From NCBI RefSeq assembly GCF_000017945.1, contig NC_009776.1, forward strand, positions 210,001-242,000: DNA of 32,000 nt, read 5' to 3'. Each line of letters opens with the position of its first letter. Within the stretch, counting starts at the first letter, position 1. The position numbers were made by a program, and so were the translations under genes. Below are positions 26,500 to 32,000 of the stretch, one piece after another. The stretch is from Ignicoccus hospitalis KIN4/I. GTDB taxonomy: Archaea > Thermoproteota > Thermoprotei_A > Sulfolobales > Ignicoccaceae. The notes beneath the pieces were generated by a model that was not told the DNA's origin, ran no database searches, and was given only the letters and a program-made list of their open reading frames with translations.

Positions 26500-26685
26500 T
26501 TGGTCTGTCCTTACGCCATACCGGCCAGGGGAGGCTTGGTGCACTGCAGAGCGGCGGACATGGCGGTCGACCCCTCGGAGTACCCTTGTTTCGGGAACTA
26601 CGAGGAGTGCCCGATATACCGCTCTGAGGAGAGCGGGAGCTGCGAGACTTGTCCCCTCTACGGGAGCTGTCCCAAGGCGCAGTAA
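26500..26685 (+). CDS. Small cysteine-rich protein (start uncertain; ORF open from 26443)
   Basis: VCPYAIPARGGLVHCRAADMAVDPSEYPCFGNYEECPIYRSEESGSCETCPLYGSCPKAQ; TATA-like CTTTTAA at 26459-26465 supports a start near 26500 rather than 26443. Confidence 0.6.
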   Translation: MVCPYAIPARGGLVHCRAADMAVDPSEYPCFGNYEECPIYRSEESGSCETCPLYGSCPKAQ

Positions 26686-26727
26686 GGGTAAAAGCCCGAG
26701 CCCTCAAGCTCCCCGGAGGAGGAAGTT

Positions 26728-28413
26728 TTGGAAACCCTCGGTCCCTATGACGTCGTCGTAGTTGGAGGGGGCCTGGCGGGCCTCAGGGCGGCGATCGAGG
26801 CGAGGCGCCACGGGGCAAGCGCGCTGGTGGTCGCGAAGTCCCACCCGGTCCGGAGCCACTCCTCCGCCGCGGAGGGCGGGGTCGCCGCTTACATCGAGGG
26901 CGCCTCCGACCCTAGGGACTCGCCCCTCCAGCACGCCTTCGACACCGTGAAGGGCTCGGACTGGCTGGCCGACCAAGACGCGGTGGAGCTCATGGCCTTC
27001 GACGCCGAGAGGGCGATACTGGAGCTAGAGAAGTGGGGCTGCTTGTTCTCCAGGGACCCCGACGGGAAGATCGCAAGGAGGCCCTTCGGGGGCCACACCT
27101 ACCCCCGCACTAGGTTCGCCGCAGACAAGACTGGTATGTGTATGCTCCATACGGTTTACGAAAGGGCCTTGGCTGAAGGCGTAGACATGCTTTACGAGTT
27201 CTACGTTACCGACGTCGTTAGTGACAAGAGGAAGGTTTACGGCGTTATAGGCTTTGACGTCAAGAGCGGGGACGTCTACTTCATCAAGAGCAAGGCAGTG
27301 ATACTCGCCACGGGCGGGGGCGGGTTGATGTACAAGTTCTCAACGAACAGTTATCTGAACTCGGGGGACGGCTACGCGATCGCCGCCAGGGCGGGCGCCC
27401 CCTTGGCGGACATGGAGTTCATCCAGTTCCACCCCACCGCCCTCTACCCCTCCAACATACTGATAACCGAGGCCGCCAGGGGCGAGGGAGGGTACCTTAT
27501 CAACAAGAACGGAGAGAGGTTCATGAAGAGGTACGCCCCCGAGAGGATGGAGCTCGCCCCGAGGGACGTGGTCGCGAGGGCGATAATGAACGAGATTAAA
27601 GAGGGGAGGGGCTTCGAAGGGGGCTACGTGCTCCTCGACCTGACCCACCTAGGGGAGGAGAAGATAAACGAAAGGCTCCCCTTGGTTAGGGAAGTGTCCA
27701 TAAAGTTCGCCAAGGTGGATCCGGTTAAGGAGCCCATACCGGTAAGGCCGGCCGCGCACTACACCATGGGCGGGGTCAAGACCAACTTGGACGGCGCCAC
27801 GGAGGTGAAGGGCTTGTTCGCGGCCGGCGAGGCCGCTTGCGTGAGCGTTCACGGGGCCAACAGGTTGGGCAGCAACTCGTTGCTGGAGACCTTAGTGTTC
27901 GGCAGGAGGGCCGGTATGGCCGCTGCCGCCTACGCGAAGGAGGTCGGCTACTCGGAGCCCCCGAAGGAGGCCTTGTCGGAGGCCGAGGCGAGGCTCTGGC
28001 TTCCCACTACCTCCGAGAGCGGCTTGAGCTTTGGTCAACTTAGGAAGGAGGTAGGCGAAATCATGTGGAATTACGTAGGCATAGAGAGAAACGAAGAGGG
28101 CCTCAAGACGGCCGTCAAGAAGTTGAAAGAGCTAATGAACATGACCAAGTACGTGAAGGGCTCGGGAGGCCCCGGCGCTTACGAGCTAGTCGCCGCTCAC
28201 GAAACTATAAACATGGTAATGAACGCCTACGCGACCGCTACGGCCGCCTTGTGGAGGACAGAGAGCAGGGGGGCGCACTACCGTTCCGACTACCCCAAGA
28301 GGGACAACGAGAACTGGCTCGCGCACACGATCATGCGCTGGAAGGGGACTTGGGAGATGGAGAAGCTGCCTGTAACGATAACTAGGTGGCCGCCCCAAGA
28401 GAGGAAGTACTAA
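26728..28413 (+). CDS. sdhA: Succinate dehydrogenase/fumarate reductase flavoprotein subunit
   Basis: 561 aa; DVVVVGGGLAGLRAAIEA, VRSHSSAAEGGVAAYI (covalent-FAD His region), FIQFHPTALYPSNILITEAARGEGGYLIN, HYTMGGVKTNLDG. Confidence 0.95.
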   Translation: METLGPYDVVVVGGGLAGLRAAIEARRHGASALVVAKSHPVRSHSSAAEGGVAAYIEGASDPRDSPLQHAFDTVKGSDWLADQDAVELMAFDAERAILELEKWGCLFSRDPDGKIARRPFGGHTYPRTRFAADKTGMCMLHTVYERALAEGVDMLYEFYVTDVVSDKRKVYGVIGFDVKSGDVYFIKSKAVILATGGGGLMYKFSTNSYLNSGDGYAIAARAGAPLADMEFIQFHPTALYPSNILITEAARGEGGYLINKNGERFMKRYAPERMELAPRDVVARAIMNEIKEGRGFEGGYVLLDLTHLGEEKINERLPLVREVSIKFAKVDPVKEPIPVRPAAHYTMGGVKTNLDGATEVKGLFAAGEAACVSVHGANRLGSNSLLETLVFGRRAGMAAAAYAKEVGYSEPPKEALSEAEARLWLPTTSESGLSFGQLRKEVGEIMWNYVGIERNEEGLKTAVKKLKELMNMTKYVKGSGGPGAYELVAAHETINMVMNAYATATAALWRTESRGAHYRSDYPKRDNENWLAHTIMRWKGTWEMEKLPVTITRWPPQERKY

Positions 28414-28453
28414 CCTATTTCTCCCCTTAGTCCTAACCCTAGGAAGCGAAGAA

Positions 28454-29641
28454 ATGTCCGAAGTAGCGATGGTCTACGACTTCAGCAGGAAGAAATGCGG
28501 AATAAAGGAGTACGGGGACGCCCTGGTCAAGTGGCTCAAGGCCATTGGGGTGGACGTGGAGGTTTGCGACTTGAAGAAGGAGAGCTACGCGGACTCCGTG
28601 AGGGCGGCGCTCTGCGCCTCGCGCGGGGAGCTGGTGCACACCCAACACGAATACGGCCTCTTCAAGGGCCACTTCGGCTGGTCGCAGATATTCTACTACT
28701 TGACCCTAAAGCTCTTGAGGAAGAGGGACATCACCACTCTCCACACGGTGTTAACGCCCAAACAAGCCATTGAGAACTACGTCAAGTTTAGCCTTCCGTA
28801 CGTCAAGGAGAGCTTGATAGAAACGATGAGGGGGTTCTTGATAAGCGCTCTGGTGCCTTACATACCCCAAGCCTTCAGCGACCTCCTAGTGGTGCACACC
28901 CTCCGGGGCTACGAGCTCCTCCCGTGGCTGGGGAAGATGAAGGCCGTCCTAATACCTCACTTCACCCCCAAGCCCTCGTGGAAGATAGACGAGATTATTG
29001 AGAAATGTAGAAATATGATGAGTAAAAAGGTGGAGCGCGTGGAGATAGTCACCCCCGGGTTCATCAGGCCGACCAAGAGGTACGACTGGGCGGTCCACGC
29101 GCTCGTGAGCTTGGCCTTGGAGGGCTTGGAGGTCCCGCTGAGGTACACCGTGGTGGGCACCACACAAGACGAGGCGGGGGAGAGGTGGTACCAATACATG
29201 AAGGACTTCATTGACGAGATATCTAAGTACACCGAGAAGCTGGGGCTGGAGATAAGGATAGTGAAGAAAATGATGACTAAAGAGGAGCTGATAGAGAGGG
29301 CTTGTTCGGCCCACGTGGTCTTGCTCCCTTACTCGGACCCCACCCAAGAGGCCTCCGGCATAGTCCACGACTCGTTGACTTGCGGGAAACACATAGTGGT
29401 CCCGAAGATAGGGGACGTCCGCAACTACCCGGAGGCCTTCCACCCCTTCGACATAGACGACCCGCTGCCTACGATGAAACAAGCCTTGAGGAGGGCGATA
29501 GACGAGGTTTTGAGGGGCAACTTGTGCAACCCGGGGGCCTTGGCGTACGCGCGCTTCACCGCCGTCGACCGCGTTGCGAGGAGGCACGCTGAGCTCTACG
29601 CCACGCTCCGCTCTCGAAGATCTCCTCGGCGACCCTCTTGA
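28454..29641 (+). CDS. GT4-like glycosyltransferase
   Basis: 395 aa; N-terminal GIKEYGDALVKWLKAIGVDVEV, C-terminal VTPGFIRPTKRYDWAVHAL...VLLPYSDPTQEASGIVHDSLTCGKHIVVPKIGDV. Confidence 0.78.
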   Translation: MSEVAMVYDFSRKKCGIKEYGDALVKWLKAIGVDVEVCDLKKESYADSVRAALCASRGELVHTQHEYGLFKGHFGWSQIFYYLTLKLLRKRDITTLHTVLTPKQAIENYVKFSLPYVKESLIETMRGFLISALVPYIPQAFSDLLVVHTLRGYELLPWLGKMKAVLIPHFTPKPSWKIDEIIEKCRNMMSKKVERVEIVTPGFIRPTKRYDWAVHALVSLALEGLEVPLRYTVVGTTQDEAGERWYQYMKDFIDEISKYTEKLGLEIRIVKKMMTKEELIERACSAHVVLLPYSDPTQEASGIVHDSLTCGKHIVVPKIGDVRNYPEAFHPFDIDDPLPTMKQALRRAIDEVLRGNLCNPGALAYARFTAVDRVARRHAELYATLRSRRSPRRPS

Positions 29642-30719
29642 GCTCGTCGGACCTCCTCTCTTGTGCCGCCTTCACGAGCTCGTAGAGGAGCCGGCCGAGC
29701 TCCTTCCCGTAGAACTCTATTATCAAGTCCTCCAGCCCCGTAAAGTTCGTGACGGTCTCCTCCACTTCCTCTTCCTCCTCCGCGAGGAAGTTCACCCTCA
29801 CGGTCAACGCCCTCGCTTGGAACTTGGAGGATATCGCCCTTACGGCGTCCTTACCCACCTTGCCGGTTAGGTAAAGGTGCACCACCGCGCCTTGGGGTAC
29901 GGACTCCGCCTCCGCGAGCGCCCTCTTGTAGTCCTTCGGTAACTCGTACTTCTTTATTATCTGCTTCCTGTTGTATACGTTTAACTTGCCTACTATCTGG
30001 GCCTCGTCGCCCCCTAAGTCCACAAGCAAGGGTCCCCGCCTCAACAACGGGTTGTCCGAAGACTCCCACAACACCTCGTCAACTGTGGTGGCCTCCAAGG
30101 AGCCCGGGTAGGCGGCGGGCGCCCCGTGGACCTCCAAGACTGTGGGCTTGTGGACGTGGCCGAGCGCGTAGTACTTGTAGCCCTTGGGCAACAGGCCCTC
30201 GTCCACACAGCTGAAGGGGAGCGCCCTGCACAGGCCTACGTGAAGGAGCAAGACGGAGTTCTTCTTAGGTTTGACCGCCCTCAAGCGCTCCAGGGGCCCC
30301 CTCTTGGAGGGGGTGACGGCGTCGTCCCCGTAGAAGGTAAAGCCCTTGAGCTCGTACCCCTTGGCCCCCAGCTCCCCCCTGAGCAGCTTGGCCCCGGTCA
30401 GCTCGCTCAAGTAAGCTATAGCTGGATATCCCCTCACCTTCGGTATGTCGTGGTCCCCGGCAACCATTATCACTTCTATGCCATTTTCCCTCAGCCTCCT
30501 TACCCCTTCGACCGCGACCTTGAACGGCTTCATTGTGCTGTCCGGCACGGGGGTGTCGAACAAGTCTCCAGCTATTACGAGGGCGTCGGCCTTCTCCCTT
30601 ATCGTGGCTTCCACCAAGTCTTCGAAGGCCTTGTAGAAGTCCTCCTCCCTCTCCTTCAAGCCGTACTGCCTCTTGCCCAAGTGGACGTCGGCGGCGTGGA
30701 CGATCAGCAACGCGACCAC
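29556..30719 (-). CDS. mre11: Mre11 DNA double-strand break repair nuclease
   Basis: 387 aa; IVHAADVHLGKRQYG, LVIAGDLFDTPVP, VIMVAGDHDIP, YYALGHVHKPTV. Confidence 0.88.
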   Translation of the reverse strand: MVALLIVHAADVHLGKRQYGLKEREEDFYKAFEDLVEATIREKADALVIAGDLFDTPVPDSTMKPFKVAVEGVRRLRENGIEVIMVAGDHDIPKVRGYPAIAYLSELTGAKLLRGELGAKGYELKGFTFYGDDAVTPSKRGPLERLRAVKPKKNSVLLLHVGLCRALPFSCVDEGLLPKGYKYYALGHVHKPTVLEVHGAPAAYPGSLEATTVDEVLWESSDNPLLRRGPLLVDLGGDEAQIVGKLNVYNRKQIIKKYELPKDYKRALAEAESVPQGAVVHLYLTGKVGKDAVRAISSKFQARALTVRVNFLAEEEEEVEETVTNFTGLEDLIIEFYGKELGRLLYELVKAAQERRSDELKRVAEEIFESGAWRRAQRASSQRGRRR

Positions 30720-30762
30720 CCTTGAGGGCTCGCCCGGGGATAACTACCTCACTCGCCTCGGC

Positions 30763-31122
30763 TTACCTCGATCCGCTCACGGCCCTCCGGTAGCAGCCCC
30801 ACAGCCCTAAAAGCGCCAGCGCGAGGGAGAGGGCCAAGAGGGGCACGTGCTGGAGGGCGAGCTTGGGCAGAGTGCCGTAAGGGGTGATCACGCTCCTAGA
30901 GACCCTCCCGGTCAAGTAGCTGCCGAACGAGGCGGTTAGGCACCAGACGTCCTTGTCCTTGAGGAGGCCCCAAAGGAGGGCCAACGAAATGCCCGCGTAG
31001 ACCAAGTTCTCGACGAACAAGAAGAAGGGGAACGTCTTTATTACTCCAATGACGTGAGCTACGTCTATTCCTATGAAGCTTAAGAAGAGCAAGATCAAGA
31101 CGGCAGACGAAGGCCCCTTCAC
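30763..31122 (-). CDS. Integral membrane protein (119 aa)
   Basis: Several hydrophobic segments: AVLILLFLSFIGIDVAHVIGVI, FFLFVENLVYAGISLALLWGLL, VPLLALSLALALLGLW. Confidence 0.6.
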   Translation of the reverse strand: MKGPSSAVLILLFLSFIGIDVAHVIGVIKTFPFFLFVENLVYAGISLALLWGLLKDKDVWCLTASFGSYLTGRVSRSVITPYGTLPKLALQHVPLLALSLALALLGLWGCYRRAVSGSR

Positions 31123-31124
31123 GG

Positions 31125-31772
31125 TCAGTCCCCGCGCCCCCCAAGGGCGCTCAAGGCTTTTGTCAGTTGACGGACGCTCACTTGGCCCGGGGCGGTGGCC
31201 TCCCCCACGCTCCCGTAGTTCAAGAAGCTGCCCAGCAGAGCCGACGCCAACCTCAAGGCCTCCGTCCCCTCGCCCATAGGCATGAAGGCCGTCCTGGGGT
31301 GCACGCTCTCGCTGAACAACAAGAAGTACGACGGAAAGTCCGTCACTACCGTAGCTACCTTAAAAGCCCACGCCCCCGCCTCCAGTGCCCTCTGGGAGAG
31401 CTTCCTTACCTCCCCCTCCCGGGGAGGCTTCCGGAAGTAGTGGACGGAGAGGATCGCCCTATCGCAAGGGAGTTCCTTAAACTTCTTAACCTCCACGTCG
31501 CAGACCGCTCCGGCCTCCGAGGCCATCTCGTAGGCCTCCCCCCTCCAAGGAGGGGACCAGACCCCTCCCTCCTCCGGGTCCCTGACCGTAACTATCACGT
31601 CTAAGCCGTAGTTCCTTGCCAACTCTATCATTTCCAAGAACGGGGGCGTCTCCTTGCGGGTCCAATAGTCCAACCTGAGCTCCACGAAGTCCGCTCCGGC
31701 GGCGGCCGACTTAATTATAAGCTTCTTAACTTGCCCTAAGTCGGTAAACGGTATGGACGCCACCGCGTACAC
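31125..31772 (-). CDS. aroD: 3-dehydroquinate dehydratase type I
   Basis: 215 aa; AGADFVELRLDYWT, DVIVTVRDPEEGG, AILSVHYFRKPP, FKVATVV, FMPMG. Confidence 0.92.
   Translation of the reverse strand: MYAVASIPFTDLGQVKKLIIKSAAAGADFVELRLDYWTRKETPPFLEMIELARNYGLDVIVTVRDPEEGGVWSPPWRGEAYEMASEAGAVCDVEVKKFKELPCDRAILSVHYFRKPPREGEVRKLSQRALEAGAWAFKVATVVTDFPSYFLLFSESVHPRTAFMPMGEGTEALRLASALLGSFLNYGSVGEATAPGQVSVRQLTKALSALGGRGD
31712..31721 (+). promoter_or_regulatory. Candidate TATA element for the downstream methyltransferase, inside aroD
   Basis: TAATTATAAG 32-41 nt upstream of the ATG at 31753 in GC-rich coding DNA. Confidence 0.4.
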
Positions 31773-32000
31773 GGGGGACCCCTGGGAGGCGGTTAGGGAC
31801 AGCGCTCGATATTATTCTGCGATAGCCAAGGGTTACGACGAGCTCTACGGAGAGGAGCAAGAGAAAAAGTATGCCGTTGGTTTAAAGATGCTTAAGCCGT
31901 CAAAGAGGGTTTTAGACGTGGGGTGCGGCACGGCCTTACTGCTGAAGCACGTGGAAGGCATATACGTAGGCTTGGACGTGAGCAAGGGAATGTTGGAGGA
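31753..32000 (+). CDS. Class I SAM-dependent methyltransferase, N-terminal part (runs off window)
   Basis: Manual translation: MDATAYTGDPWEAVRDSARYYSAIAKGYDELYGEEQEKKYAVGLKMLKPSKRVLDVGCGTALLLKHVEGIYVGLDVSKGMLE, with motif I LDVGCGTA. Confidence 0.85.
   Translation, partial: MDATAYTGDPWEAVRDSARYYSAIAKGYDELYGEEQEKKYAVGLKMLKPSKRVLDVGCGTALLLKHVEGIYVGLDVSKGMLE

Noticed and set aside
1-32000. CRISPR arrays, transposons, toxin-antitoxin pairs, prophage or defence islands
   Set aside because: No spaced direct repeats, transposase, integrase or defence-enzyme signatures were seen; the window is dominated by informational and metabolic housekeeping genes.

Overview
Ordinary-looking, gene-dense chromosomal window from a hyperthermophilic Crenarchaeon. 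Gene content and residue style look Ignicoccus-like, but that placement is inference from recall and was not searched. Contents: the conserved rpoA1-rpoA2-rpl30e-nusA-rps12 block and rps7; a Cdc6/Orc1; prs; pelota; an intron-containing tRNA-His; a UspA-like protein; an AMP-forming acetyl-CoA synthetase broken by a perfect 38-bp tandem duplication; a metallophosphoesterase; a MoaD-MoaE fusion; an isopropylmalate/Re-citrate-synthase-family enzyme; a DUF885 metallopeptidase; Kae1; a V4R-like protein next to a degenerate MoxR-like ATPase; hexulose-6-phosphate synthase; rps27ae/rps24e/rps17e; an amidohydrolase; pgk; an orphan SdhA/FrdA; a glycosyltransferase; Mre11; AroD; and a partial methyltransferase. 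I see no CRISPR array, transposon, prophage or defence island, and no convincing new multi-gene system. The best leads are the 38-bp duplication in acs, the degenerate MoxR-like ATPase with a large insertion, a structured ~82% GC 76-nt intergenic element, a possible +1 frameshift joining a Cys-rich micro-ORF to a hypothetical gene, and divergent aroD/methyltransferase genes that overlap at their 5' ends.
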